Shown: positions 25,043 through 38,450, counted from the first letter of the whole stretch. The stretch is 61,515 nt of DNA, filler included, from Sphacelaria rigidula (GCA_964200075.2; 10 parts of 10 records of this genome joined end to end with filler, not necessarily neighbours in it), one strand, 5' to 3'. Numbers and translations are program-made. Notes: a model not told the origin generated them from the letters alone.

Positions 25043-25243
25043 ATCAACAAACGTTTCCCACCTTTTTCGCATCCTGTACACCAGATTACACCAGCAAAAC
25101 GTGTACGTGTTGCCAATCATGTTCGAATCTTCAGTCTATTGCTATCAACAAACGTTTCCCACCTTTTTCGCATCCTGTACACCAGATTACACCAGCAAAA
25201 CGTGTACGTGTTGCCAATCATGTTCGAATCTTCAGTCTATTGC
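25043..25243. repeat. Exact 100-bp tandem duplication (possible assembly artefact)
   Basis: 25043-25142 is identical to 25144-25243. Confidence 0.9.
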
Positions 25244-26402
25244 GACAACACATAATAAGCGACTGTGCGCAATACACTTTTTGCTAACAGTCTGCCCGGG
25301 TGTCTGCGGCGAAAGACAGTTGAAAAACTTGCCCTCGAAAATGAGGCCATTCTACTTGAAAATGATGTCAACCAGCTTTACCCCCGAACCAATGCGTTCA
25401 CCAAGCGAAACAATAGTAGTTGTGACCTACGGGTATGACTCTTCTGTCGACCGCATGGCCCTCGATCGCTTGGATACTTCCTCGACGCCTTTCTCTAACT
25501 GACCGAGTTTAAACGCCCACAGCGCTGAGCGAAGGAATTCTTTTGCCTCCACTGCGGGATGATGAGTTGGGCAGTACAAGAAAGGTTCCCTCGCTCAGCA
25601 CTGTGTGATGCAGAGTAGCCCCCTCCCCCCCGAAAACCAGGGTAAAATGACGGTTTCGGTCAGCGCTGTAAGCTCACAGAACCGGTAAAAGGCGTTGAAA
25701 AAGTATCTACGCGATCGAGGGGCATTTGGCCAACAAAAAAGTTATTGGGCACCATCACAGTAAGTAAGTGTTGTTGTCGTCGTTCGTTGTTGTTGTTTTC
25801 ACACTAAAAACCTTCCCGATATCTGCGCCTCTCGAGGGACAGCAATAATACGTACAAGCATACCAGGCATATCAAGACAAGCACCGCATGACATCACGAC
25901 ACCCCTCATCGGGGGAGTTCATCCCCCACCCCCACTTCTCTGGATCGTCGTCTTTGCTCAAGTGTAGGAAAGCCATATTTTGAGGCTTCAACGTCATTTT
26001 TGTTATCAATATCATTATTTTATAGATTATATGTTATTAATAGTAGTTGGTGAAAGCTGCTTAATCAACGAGTGTCAACCAAAGGGCATGACTCTAGCTG
26101 AAAATGTCAGTCATCGTTGTAATTAGTAAGTCATCATGTCAAGCTCGAGGAGAGCACTGTCTGCCTCGAGGTTTAACCTCTTTGTCGAAAACGCTCCCCC
26201 CCTCATTATGGTTGCGATCTCTTTCCTCGACAATCAATGATCGCGCTGTGCGCCCTTTCTTTCCTGTTACATCACATCTTTACCCCCCCCCCCCCCCCCC
26301 CCCCCACCCCCCTCACCCCGCGACGAGAACATATAAAAGAAGTCCACCGACGTGATTTTCTGCCAGAATATAAGCCAACGAAGACGGATTTATTATTTTT
26401 CG

Positions 26403-26961
26403 GCGTGGAGAGACAATTAACGGACGACGCCATTAACATGACATGACATGCCTATTCAGTAGACAATCATTTTACGAATCGCGCGAGCTGCGTATCACCC
26501 TATCTTCAAGTGCATGCCTACCTTCAAGTGCATGCCGGGGTCCGCGACATGACAGTTCATGATGTCATGATCGGACATGCTCTGAATGTTGTATAGATTG
26601 TAATGCGTGAGAGGACCGCGTGCTTGAAGGACCGCATCGGAATTTGAACACCACTATGGTTGTGGTTAGGGTTAGGGTTAGCGTGGAGAGACAATTAACG
26701 GACGACGCCATTAACATGACATGACATGCCTATTCAGTAGACAATCATTTTACGAATCGCGCGAGCTGCGTTTCACCCTATCTTCAAGTGCATGCCTACC
26801 TTCAAGTGCATGCCGGGGTCCGCGACATGACAGTTCATGATGTTGTCATGATCGGACACGCTCTGAATGTTGTATAGATTGTAATGCGTGAGAGGACCGC
26901 GTGCTTAAAGGACCGCATCGGAATTTGAACACCACTATGGTTGTGGTTAGGGTTAGGGTTA
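26403..26961. repeat. ~280-bp tandem duplication with a few differences
   Basis: 26403-26680 is repeated at 26681-26961, with the breakpoint inside TTAGGG units. Confidence 0.9.
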
Positions 26962-27090
26962 GTGTTGGGGTTAGGATCAGGGGCGTGGTACCTGCAGGGA
27001 CTGACCCGATTGGTTTCGAAAAACATCGATCCCGAGGTGTTTCGAACAACGGCGCGGTTCTCTAAGCACGCGGTCCTCTCACGCATTACA
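26880..27090. mobile_element. 211-bp MITE with TGT...ACA ends, 28-bp perfect TIR, 5-bp TSD TAGAT and internal (TTAGGG)n
   Basis: TGTAATGCGTGAGAGGACCGCGTGCTTA occurs at both ends; TAGAT at 26875-79 and 27091-95. Confidence 0.9.
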
Positions 27091-27227
27091 TAGATGGTCC
27101 GGCAAAAAGTAAGCAGTATATCATCAGCAATGAAGAGTGTGGCGTGAAAGCTCATGTACACACACATATTATATATATATATATATACCGGCAGCCCTGC
27201 GAAGCGGGCCGATATAAATATACTTGC

Positions 27228-27400
27228 GTATTGTGTGTGTTGTCATCCTATCTATTACTCTGGACGCCCGTCTAACTACACCTTCATGCCTATGTGGGCG
27301 CATCAGCGGAGGCCACACGGGAGGAAGTTAGCACAGACGGGATTTTTTTTCAATTGTTTCGTGTTCAGAGCGCTCCTTCTGCGGTGCTTGCCCGCCTTTT
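27228..27400 (-). mobile_element. SINE family 1 3' half
   Basis: The reverse complement matches the SINE body and 3' end (gggatgacaacac). Confidence 0.7.
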
Positions 27401-27437
27401 ATTAGCACGCAATCGTCCACGAGCCAGGCAGCATTAA

Positions 27438-27534
27438 CCCTTTGACCGCGAGCGTACGTCACCTGTTGAATCAGCATCAAGTTCACTTGAATAGTGACTG
27501 CATGGGCAGGGGACCTACTCTCGCGGTCATATGG
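27438..27534. mobile_element. piggyBac-type mini-MITE copy
   Basis: TTAA|CCCTTTGACCGCGAG...CTCGCGGTCATATGG; same family as 48152-48249. Confidence 0.75.
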
Positions 27535-27849
27535 TTGTCTTCCTGCGGAATGGATAATTAAAAACTAACTGCAAGACAAAGTACGATCAAGATCATGCCT
27601 CCGAGATGGCATTTCCAAGGAAGGCACGCACGCATGCATACGGATGACACGGGCAATCGTATGCCAGGCTCCGTTGTTTTCGTTGAAATGACATGATGGT
27701 GATGTCATTGTCAATACACGCGTCACGCATTTGATTACATTGATTTCTTGTCGACTACGAGAGTGGTCGCGGTCGAGAGATATTGCAGTATTGCTGGGTT
27801 GTGCTGAAAATTACTGACAAACGCCATAATCCGCCGCAGTACAGTATTT

Positions 27850-29560
27850 ATGAAACGAGAATCTTGGGTATCTTGAGATGACAGCTTCGATATTCTTCGT
27901 TGCTATGCCTGACGTAATTACGCCGCACGATCACGACGATCAGCGAACATAAGCAGCGGTCTGCCGACTGTTCTTCGTGCACACTGCAAACACACACACA
28001 TGCCTGCTTCCCCCAGCACTTCTTGATTTGTCGAACAACCCCTCTCTGCACTTCGCCGTTTCGTCAACCAGCAAACAAGGAGTAAATAGTGGTACTTCCT
28101 GTTCATCTGCTGTGCCCGTCAGCCGTCTGTGCCAGCCGTGTCGTGGCTTGATCGGCTACGTGAGCGCTCAGTGCCGTGACCACGCGTACCGACACCTGGG
28201 TTTCGGCGAACACTGCAAAAGATGCGATGCTGACTTCTACATCCCCCCAAAGTACAGTTCGTTCCCCTTGATCTTGGCGAACGAGATACATAGGTCATGC
28301 CTGACGAGCACGCCGCCAGTGAGTCTCATATGGCATCGGCAGCAACAACGTCGTCAACCGGAGTTGTGCAAGGTTTTCGGTTGCGTCCCAGACGCGTGGT
28401 CATCAACTATGAGGAGCACGACGAAAACGATTGGCAAGATTCTTCAAGCGACGAGAAGGGTAAGGGTGGATGGGAGGACTCGTCAAGCAGTGAGAGCGGC
28501 GGGACGTCCACACTTGCGAAAAGGTATGATATCCTATGTGCTGCCGTGAAGACTGAACGGAATCGTAGATGAAAACATATCAAAAGAGTGCAGAAGAATA
28601 CACAGGACATGACGTGTGAACGTGGTATCTACGGAAGGAACGTGGCTGATGTGGCGCACATTGATTTATGCAGACCGTCCCGTTGTATACTGCACTGGTC
28701 TGAAGTAACGTGCTCCGCTGTACTTCATTGCAGTCTCCAACGACTGTGCAGCGTTCCCCGGCATGTTGGTGATATTGCACGCACACCACCCCGCTTCGCA
28801 ACGGCCCAGAATAGAACATGGATCCTGCAGTCTAGGAAACCCTTGTGTTTCCAAGAAGAGTTGTTGTACCCTGTCTATTATTATTATATTATAGTATGAC
28901 TGCGATATCTTGTGTGGCATATCCGATTTTGGATACGATCCATCAACGATTCGAGCGTGTTTACTTTTCCAGATCTTTCAAGAGATCCAGCTACAGCAGG
29001 GCTTGCCGAGTGGGACGGGTTCAATTTGCTGCTCTTCTTGCGAGTTGCTGGTACTTGTGGTCTGATGTGAAATGTAGTACAGAACACCGTGTCCTTATAT
29101 GGGAGCTTTGCGATATGTTGCGAACTCTCATGGACGACAGCAATCGCACTCGGAGAACTGGGTGCATCCGTCGGCTTTATTTATCTACCAATTAATGTGG
29201 CATGCCGTCTGCGTTTCATTGAGCGTCCGAGCACACATACATGCCAGATGAAATCACATCTTGTTCTCCAAAAGGTGTTTGGCCACAACGTCTATCACAA
29301 ATGAGCTTCAACGGCCTGAAGGCATCTTCATGACCCCGGAAGAATCACCCATGTCCACATTTCCACACCTCCAGTCCCATCGTACTAGTATCTGTCATCT
29401 GTCGACGACATGATGCAAGCGCACAGGTCATCCCAGTAGTAACTGTTCCGAATTTACTATGATTTTTTTTTGTTTTGCTCTCGGTACTGTTCACTGTCCC
29501 GTACTCACAATGCCTGTAGAGAATCTCATGGACGTACTCGTTTACCCTTTGATCGACAGG
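27850..29560 (-). pseudogene. Highly degraded hAT transposase remnant
   Basis: Scattered, frameshifted motifs occur in hAT order: DSSGVMK, FIWHVC/CARTLN (cf. C.AH.LN), ICHTRYRS/YYNII..RVQQLF (cf. TRW.S...ML.R), and a weak ACERVFS-like segment near 27990. Confidence 0.4.
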
Positions 29561-30338
29561 GTAGATCATCTTGGCCTTAGGGTTGTTATTAACGGGACTG
29601 TTTTTTTTCTGACTTGTCCAACGTTACCGGAGAAGAATCCCGAAAAATGTGACCGCAGATTTCTCTCAACCCGGTCAAGCAGTTGATGATCAATTTAACC
29701 GTAGACCGCGACGGTAGTCCATCTGAACCATGCATATTTGTTTCAGGGGAAACTGGTGGGGATTCAGCAGATGACCTACTCTCGCCGTCTGAGACCGCTT
29801 GTTTTTGTTGTTGTTGTTGTTGTTGTTGCTTTCACTTTCAAAACCATTTCGATATCTGCTTAGTACGCCGTACTGGGAATCTGACGCGGACGCCTTGTTG
29901 CGTGGTCACAGGCTACCCACCCGAAATTGGGTATCAATAAATCAAATAAAGATGAATTAAGACCCAGGAAACTTCACACGGACGCGGTACAAAATTAAGT
30001 AAAAGAACTACTGCTAACCTCATAATAATTGCGGGGCCACAAACGACCATTCGGACTACTACTAGAGGCAGAGCCCAACATCCCCACCCAACGAGCGATG
30101 CCAAACAGAGATCTGATGTAGCCAAACTCAGGAACCAGAAGAGATCACTAACCACACATACGTATCGATAAAGATCGCATGGTTATATCCTTGTACCTCT
30201 AAAGGAAAACCCATACGTACGAAAATGCTAGGCATACTGTAGCAGATTTCTTATGGTGAACAAAAAATGAGAGAAAAACGTGGAAAACTGTCTTTTTGGA
30301 ATTTCTGCGTCGTTTTATGTCCAAAAAGACGAGCAGAG

Positions 30339-30626
30339 CTAAGCGGAATTTGACACCCAAGAATGATTTGCTCTACTCGTCGAGAGGGTTTCAGGACACG
30401 TTCTCGTTTCTCTGTTGCCGCAATTTTCCCTGCTCAGCTTGACAAGAACCCTGCCAAGCCTATGTGATATGTCGGGAAAAGTGGGAACGGTTCGAATCTG
30501 TTCGAGAAGTTGTCTGGTGAAAAGGTCAAAGTCTCGGTCCAGGGCAGTGTTCCCCCCCTTTAGCATTGTTGCGTCATATTCTATGGGGGCTCGACCCGTT
30601 GGCTTCAATTGGGGTCTCTGCAACTG
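30339..30626 (-). CDS. Possible exon of an unknown protein (QLQRPQLKPTGRAPIEYDATMLKGGNTALDRDFDLFTRQLLEQIRTVPTFPDISHRLGRVLVKL...)
   Basis: Good acceptor ctcttttatcattccccag| followed by an open, protein-like frame; no family recognised. Confidence 0.3.
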   Translation of the reverse strand, partial: QLQRPQLKPTGRAPIEYDATMLKGGNTALDRDFDLFTRQLLEQIRTVPTFPDISHRLGRVLVKLSRENCGNRETRTCPETLSTSRANHSWVSNSA

Positions 30627-30710
30627 CTGGGGAATGATAAAAGAGCAATGGCCTCGAAAAGGTATACCTTCTCGTTTTTTGCCCAAGAAAGGTACGAAAA
30701 ATGGCCAGAA

Positions 30711-30810
30711 NNNNNNNNNNNNNNNNNNNNNNNNNNNNNNNNNNNNNNNNNNNNTTAATTAATTAANNNNNNNNNNNNNNNNNNNNNNNNNNNNNNNNNN
30801 NNNNNNNNNN
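30711..30810. other. Artificial contig linker
   Basis: N-TTAATTAATTAA-N spacer. Confidence 0.98.
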
Positions 30811-33800
30811 CACCGTTCCTACTCCTAATAGAGACACCTCCAACATTCTGGCGCTCATTATATTCCCTCTGTAACTCATTACGGTACTCATTACGGGGGG
30901 GGGGGGTTGACCGCATACGGCCCAAAAAACACGTTTTTCCGGCTGTAGCGTTGGGAATATTGAGAAAAGAGGAAAGCTCAAGGCACATAATTGTTCGATA
31001 GCGAGAAATGGTTCGATGGGCTGAAAATACCAAAGAGCGAGAAACATGGGTTGGACACGCGCAGTAAGTAAGTACCCTTGATGACCGGTGAGCCTGTACA
31101 GGCCGCTTCACGGTGGATGCTCGAAATAGATTCCTCATCCGATACAGAACACAAAACTTACCCGATAAAACATATGGTATCATACTGACCCCCACGAACA
31201 AGCGAATAGTGTGAAGTGTGACATGGCCAGGTTTTTATCGTGTTCTTTGCTGTGACGCTCGCTGATAGGTGATAGTCCAGAGGTTTGTACCCAATTCCAT
31301 CATGAGTCAGAGATAAGTATCCATGTGCGAGATAATCCAACGCAAAAGACAGATTTGGAAACGATGTGTATGAAATTTAGTCATCCTCTAAAACGTGGTA
31401 TTCCGGTGATGAGGGGTGTTGGCGTCATCAGATTCCCACTGGGGGTATACATCGAAGATCTAAAAAGCCTCGTGACGGTTTCCCCTGCAACTGTCGTAGG
31501 ATAACTCCGGTCATCCTAAAACTTTGCCGTTGGGTAGATATGGATGCCCCCATTAGAATGAAAAATCGTTGAAGGAGAATTATGAGTTTATGCCCTCTCT
31601 ATCGGCTTCCGGGGGGCCCAGCGTGAAGACTCCCAAAAACCAATACAGAATGCCTCAAAACATATAGTAGAATCCCACTCGTCCCGAGGTAATCCCAGAA
31701 ACGCTTGCACAAAGTTTCGTCGCGTAACTCGAAAAGTTGGCCTCAAATGGTCGATGTAAGCTTGAAGGCACAAGAGAAAGGTCGATTGCATATTATAAAT
31801 CAAGCAAGGAGGGGGTTCAGCGTACATTTGTGCACCTCATAGCACGCCCGCGCGATTAATCACGCGGGTTTTTCAAGTTAGAACTTGAAGTTGTGCATGT
31901 GTGTGCAGCAAGATATTTCAAAATTTTCATGGATGTTTTTTTTTTGCCAAAAAATTGGGGTTCCAGAAGGCGATATGTGCCCCGGGGACCCTCGGGACCG
32001 ATTGCCGGCAAAAAGGAAACATACACGAATACGCCCACAATCACAATCTCAGCATCCCACAACACACGTGTGCACATTTCAGGGTCTAATTCGAAAAACC
32101 CCGCGTGATGAATCGCTGGGGAGTTAATTTTCGGCGGTCAACCTGGACCAGCCCGTATCTCGTCCAAAACTGGTCGTGGATTATGTGTCGGGTTCTTATG
32201 TCTCTCGATTATCAAAATGTGAGATGAAACAGAAATGGTGATGAGACGTGGTCACGGAAGCAGAACTGAAGAAATCGCCTTCAGTCGAAGATGCAAAGTT
32301 CAACGTTTGGCTATTTTCTACACTCCGGATCAGGTTCGTCGCGGACGTCAAACTCGGGCTGCCGGTACCCGACGGCTTTTGGCCTTGTATTCTCCTAGGG
32401 CGGTCTTCATCCTCGTCTGCCGGCAGTTCGTTCAGTGGGCCAAGCGATCGCGCTCTGTCGTCCCGGGACTTGCGCCCTAAACACCGCACGCGTCCGGTGC
32501 GCGTGTTCGGTGTCTGCGCGGAGAGTCGAAAGGCCGGAGAGCGATTTGTGTGGGAGGTGAGTATTTCCGATAGGGGAGGTTAATGAAGCTCTAATGTTGG
32601 CGCATCCGAGCGATTCGAGGGCGGCTTGTGGTTTTATGTTGTACAAATATGAGCTGGGGTCGAGGCAGGGTGCGCATCGTCGTGACAACGCTTGCCGTGG
32701 TCTCGTGAAGGTAGGCACAATCAGTACCTCTGTCGGGTACACGCTTTGCTTTAGGATATGTGTGTCGGGGGAAATGGGAAACGAGGGCGCGTGTTGGTGA
32801 GCTGCACAAAGTGCATACGGGAAACAATCGTTCTTTATTATAGGTAGGGTCAGATACGGGGCTCGTGCGTGCTAGCCCGGTCGTGCGGCAAAATGAAACG
32901 TCACATGGGGTGCAATACGCGTAGACCTCGCCATCACGGGCAGGACATAGGCTGTTTGTGGGTTGTCGCAGAAACTATTATAGTGCGCTCAATCGAAACA
33001 CGAGATGGTTGGATATATTCATCTACGCGAATCTCGACTTTGACGCCGTGCATGTTCTAAAGTGTTCCGACGATTCCTTTACATTGGCATTGAATGCAAC
33101 GGCATCCTTTAGGTGACCGCTGGGGGAATGCCATCTCAGATGGGCCTGTCGCCGTGCCTATCACACGTGGTGGACGCGGGTGCATCGGTAGTGTATGTCT
33201 GGCACGGAGCTGGAAGCCCCAGCGACAGTCGCAGGTATATACACGCGTGTATTGCTCTTGATTTCCGCCGTGAGAATGTATACGATGACACTGGTCGTAC
33301 TAAATATAAAAGTGATTGCAGGAGTTGACCAGCGAACAAGACGAGCTTGCTCGATTGCCCATGTTGCGATCTGCGCACTCGTTTGAGAGCACGGGTACCG
33401 CAGTTCCACCTATTTTTTGCAACGAGTAGTAAGTAAGAGAGATAGCAATGCACATTGAACATACTGGTGATTGTTTGCTCCGCAGTGCCCGAATGGTACA
33501 GTACATGCGTCCGTCCGTGTGCACACTCCGGTATGATCAGCAGCACCGATTTTTATCGTACGGTAGAATTCAATGTCACCGTTATCCTTTTCCCCGCGGC
33601 GTCTGCACCCGTACGCCCGCCGCCACCACGATAACCGTCACCAACACCGTAGGCTGGCTTGTCGGGTCGCCCGGGCATACGCGAAGAGAGTGAACGATGG
33701 AGTTTCGGTCGAGCAGGGCGAGGCGGGGGCCGAATCTCCGTTCCTTCTCAACTGCTTTGTTGGTGGGTAGTGTAGCCAATGGCCTCACGGCATCTCCTCT

Positions 33801-34085
33801 GACATTACTGAAAGCACTTTCACCCGTCAGACTCCCTCACGTGGTGGTTCGCCTCGGGTGTGATACGTCGACTCCACGTTGTCTGTGTTTTGGTAGTCGA
33901 GCCGTGATGCGCTTGTGTTGGGGGCGAAAGGGGCGAACCTGGGTATATCAGCCGACATCATGTTGCTTGAAGACGTCACCTTGGTGTGAGATTCCCAAGG
34001 GGCGTAACAATCTACAATCGATGTTCCTAACTCTTACTGTACCTCCCGTCAGTGTTTCTCTCCCTCTCCCGCCCTTCTTCATTAG

Positions 34086-36673
34086 TCACCCTCCCATCCC
34101 GCCGTGAATGCCAATAAAGGTTGGAACCAAGACTTGGTGGAGCCCCCACTAATGCTGTCGTACTCCCCGCCGAAAAGAGGTGCCGCCATGGATGACAAAG
34201 GTGCGGATCTCCAATTTCTCAACTCGTCGATGATCTCTAGTGGGCCTTCCTCATGGGTGGGAATCGGTTCGCGGGAAACCGGGTCGACACTCGAACAAGG
34301 CCGAGGGCACCATGACAAGTGGCAACCGCGGCGGCGCTCTCGGGGATCTTTTGGTAGCGGTAGAGCTAGGCGATCCCCTACGAGGAGGTCGTCCGGCGGT
34401 ACCAGTTCTACAGGGTCGCGGCTGACATCACCGAACCAACGTAAACCGCCGGTTGTAGTCGTCTCCCCGCCGTCGGTTAGGATGTCGCCCAGCGGGGTTT
34501 TACCACCCCGTCTCGGTCCCGTTGGTGATGACACTACCAGGGGCAGAGAGCAAGACAATATCGACGAAAAATCCTGTACTTGGAACTCGAGGATGCTTCT
34601 TCACAGTCCGAAGCGACGACTGCCGCAACAGCAAGAGCAACCGAAGATGCGGGACTGTGGGGGTAGGCCCAGCGAAGGCTCTTCTAGAGACACAGGCAAC
34701 AATTCCGGTGATTCTTTGTCTTCGGCTCGCGAATACACGACACCGTCGGAGCTTCAGGCACATTCACCATTGCGTGCTCCTGGGATGGTTGACGATGGTG
34801 TGTACGTGTGTGAGACGCTGCCGCCAAACGCCTTCGCGGTAGGTGACGGCGAGCTGCCCGTCGTTTCCTGTGCTGGGCAAGATGATAGCAGCGGTGGGAA
34901 CAAAAACAGTGGCGTTGGTCGAGACCAAGGAGGCAACGGCGGTGGCGATAGCTCGAGCGGAGAAAGCAGTACGCCCGAGGGGTGTGGCGGAGGTGCCGGG
35001 GACAGCCGCGGTGGTGGAGGTCAAGGGGGGGGTGCAGGTGACGATGATGACGATAAGAAGCGTGGCCCTGGAGATACTGTTGGAAGGGCAGGCGATACTG
35101 GATTAGATATCGATAAGGACGAAGAAGGTGGCGATGAGGACGAGGAAGCGGACAAATTCTCCCGTCAGTCCGGCACGGGATCTTTCCGTCGCCAGGATTA
35201 TGGGACTGACGACAAGAAAATTGCCGGGCCGTCCAGTGCTTCACTGCCAACGAATGCGACAGATTTTGCTTCGGGTGGCGGTAGCTTCGGGAAAACTCAC
35301 CGAGTGTTCGACAGCAGAGGTAGCGCGATTCAGTTCGGTAAATTCGTATCATCCACATCAGACTTTGTCTCTAACTGCAGTAGCACCGGCCGTGCCAGCA
35401 CCGGCCGCGTGCTTGACGGTGGAGACAGCGGCGAAACGAACCAGGTGAGACGCCTCAGCGGATTCTTCCGGTCTCCCCATTCCCGGCACGAGCCGTTACC
35501 GTCCGAAATCGACCACTCTTCCGCTGCCCACTCTTCCGCTGGTTACCCTTCCGCTGGCCGGCCTGTGCCCGACGTGGACATGCTAGCCCGCATCTTCGGC
35601 ACCGCAAAGAGTTGTGCTTCTGACTTTGGCGAGGGAAACGGCGGTATGCTTCTCAGACGAAGCGGCAGTAGTAGTTGCCTGGAATCCACCCCGAAACAGT
35701 CGTCGTGTGGCAACTTTTTCGAAACCTTGCAGAGCTGTGAATCTATCGATACAGCGAAAGACGGCAGCATCGTATGGATCCATAGAAGTGGAGGCAGTGT
35801 CGCTTTTGACAGCAATCCACAGCAGCAACCCGTGTCATCTGCAGGAGGTACCACCAGCGCAGGTCATTTTACGGGCGCATCGCCAGAGCCCCACCTGCCC
35901 CCATTCGCCTCTCCGTCTCTTACCAGTGTGAACGCGGACGAGGAGGCCTCGGGTGCTGTGCGTGTTTCGCCTACGAATAATCAGTGCGTACCGTTTGCCA
36001 GGAACACCGATGTAGAATTGACGGGTAGCACGGAGGGTAGGGGAGGTACGCCGATCGGAGAAGATGGGGATGAGGTGATTCAGCAGCTATCAGAGACAAA
36101 GATGCAAGCGTCGGGCGACGCCGTCGCCGTTGCGCACGATCCCAAACTAGGCGTTGGTCAGCCCGGGTCGTGTGGTGGTCGCGAAAGTGAAGAGGAGTGG
36201 CTCTTAGACGGCACAGAGGTGCCAGCGTTAGTTCAGTCTGTCTCTGTAGATGTTTTCGTCGGAAAATGTCACCCTCTTCCCCCGTCATCACCGGCGCCAC
36301 CAGCCCTGCCGCCCAGGACAGCAGCTATGAGTCCGGCACGGCCAAGCAAGAAATTACCGGCGCAAGATGCGCCGGTAGTCGGCAACGAATCCGCAGGTGT
36401 TGGAGGAAAAACACGTGGTCTGATTCGTTCAGCTGAGACACGGCAGTGGGCGGGACTGAATGAGGACGGGTCATGGAGAAGTGAGATTGATAGAATTGCG
36501 GCCGGTGCGGCCGGCGCCGAGGAGGCTGAGAGGCGGCGGCAGGCTAAGATTAATAGGGACGAGTCGTGGAGGCTCGACGTGAGTGGCACGAGTAAGGGAG
36601 AGCAGGAAAGTGATGCTAGAGATATCCGCAGGCAGAGCGTCAGCTTTACTCGAGTGGAAGACGGAAATGTCAG
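34086..36673 (+). CDS. Large (~2.6 kb) exon of a Ser/Gly/Pro-rich, probably intrinsically disordered protein
   Basis: Stop-free frame of >857 codons preceded by a long pyrimidine tract and cattag| acceptor (in frame), ending at donor CAG|GTGAAC. GC-rich coding composition. Confidence 0.85.
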
Positions 36674-36730
36674 GTGAACTTGAAACTGTGCCCCTCCCCC
36701 CCCCACGCCTCCTCTCCTCCCCATTATGCG

Positions 36731-36817
36731 CGCGGTGCTCCATCTCGAAGGGATGCGTGGTCAATGGTCAAACGACTAAGACGAGCAACGAATGAGTATG
36801 CCCCCCCCCCTCTCCCC
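36731..36817 (+). mobile_element. Short LINE family A 3' end plus C-tract
   Basis: cggtgctccatctcgaagggatgcgtggtcaatggtcaaacgactaag...aatgagtatg followed by C10. Confidence 0.8.
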
Positions 36818-36871
36818 AAAGCCGGCTTTCTAGTTGCGGGGCCCCGATGGGGTTGGCGGCGGGGGGCGACG

Positions 36872-36971
36872 NNNNNNNNNNNNNNNNNNNNNNNNNNNNN
36901 NNNNNNNNNNNNNNNTTAATTAATTAANNNNNNNNNNNNNNNNNNNNNNNNNNNNNNNNNNNNNNNNNNNN
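36872..36971. other. Artificial contig linker
   Basis: N-TTAATTAATTAA-N spacer. Confidence 0.98.
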
Positions 36972-38450
36972 CTGCTAAAAGTTTCTCACACCACAGCTAC
37001 CCCAGTTTCCCGAATGAACCCGATGTAAGCATATCACTGTGAAGTGTAGACCAACCTGGTGACACACGGCATCGCCGCTGACTGAAGAAAAAAATGAAAA
37101 ACAAGTGTACTACATAGTGTATGACCTTAACGACGGACGGAAAAAAAGAGAGTCTGTCGGGGTTCAAACTCATTACCTCCATAATTGGAGTCTCCCATCA
37201 CTCGATTTGTAGGGGTGCAGCGTCACGGAAAATGTTGAACGCACGGCCCAATTCGACGAGTCTTGAGCTGAAATTTCAGAAAGGCCTTCTNNNNNNNNNN
37301 TGACATTTCAAATGCCCATAACTTTTTTTTTTTTAATTTGCTGCTCACATGATCGTGTATTTCGATCATGAAAAGCTGCTGTCAGAATTTCAGCATCCAA
37401 CTCTCAATATCGCTCCGTGCGTCACCTGAGCGAGATTCACACCTACTCTTGGCTGACCCAGCTCGTGGTTATTGATGGTTCGAATGAAAAAATGTGGTGT
37501 TGAGAAAGGCTGCGACGTTTCTCCGCCCTACACCAGCTCCCGAGAGTCCCAGCGTGAAGACCCCCTGACATCGGTATAGAATGCCTCAAAGTAACCGAAG
37601 GAAGAATTTGCGTCCTGGGGTGGTCCAAATAACACTTGCACAACCAACGGATCAAAATCGATACCGTGATGCTTGATTTTCCGTTCTCGCGTCAAATATG
37701 TGCCATACGTGCCCGAAAAACGTAATTTCCATGCTTGAATCAAACAGTTAGAAGTTTTCATCAAGACTGGAAAAATCGTCGCGCAAGGGCGCAAACCTTC
37801 ACGCCATTTCCAGGAATTATGCCCTGAACATTTGCACATAGGTAGTATAGATCCCTACAAGAGTATCGTTGCCGGATTTTTTCACCTGTTTTCGTCGGAG
37901 TATGTCATGAGGTTAAAGTTCTCCCAGAACCCTGGGACCCTCCAAAACAGGTGAAAGAGCAAAAAGTAAATAGACCCCGTCCATCGAAAGTTCTTCAATG
38001 ACGCATGGTGTACATTTGTGCAAGATTTAAGCGTTAAACCCCTAAAAACGGCATGGAGTTTGCGCATGAGTATTTCGAGGGTGATGAGCGTGAGCCAGCC
38101 TGTATACATTCGCCTGTATCTCTCCATATGTTCCGCCTCCTGCTCTTGTCCTGATCCAACCGGTGAGGATACGAGCCCTCAAAAATGAGTGCCAAGCCTT
38201 GATGCTGTAAAAGACGGAAGCCGCAAGCAAAACCTTCCTGACGGTCTGCGCTTGGATACCGCCGGTCGAGTCTTCTATTACCTCTTCATACGTCTACAGA
38301 GCAATAAATCATAGGTACATGGGAAAGATTGGGATAACTAGTATTATAGGCTTCATACCAGCATATTGCAAGACACCTCTGCAGTCAGTTCACGCAATTC
38401 GTTCTTGTTACCATAGAGGTGTTCCTTGGAGAACAGTACGTTAAAAGCTT

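Noticed and set aside
25043..25243. Perfect 100-bp tandem duplication as a biological repeat
   Set aside because: A read-length-sized, 100% identical duplication is more likely an assembly artefact; it cannot be resolved without reads.
26945..26975. TTAGGG repeats as a chromosome end
   Set aside because: There are only a few units, and they are internal to a TIR-bounded MITE.
32196..33790. GC-rich ORFs upstream of the large exon (plus-strand donor GAG|GTGAGT near 32556)
   Set aside because: This could be a 5' exon or UTR, but strand and frame cannot be determined from sequence alone.
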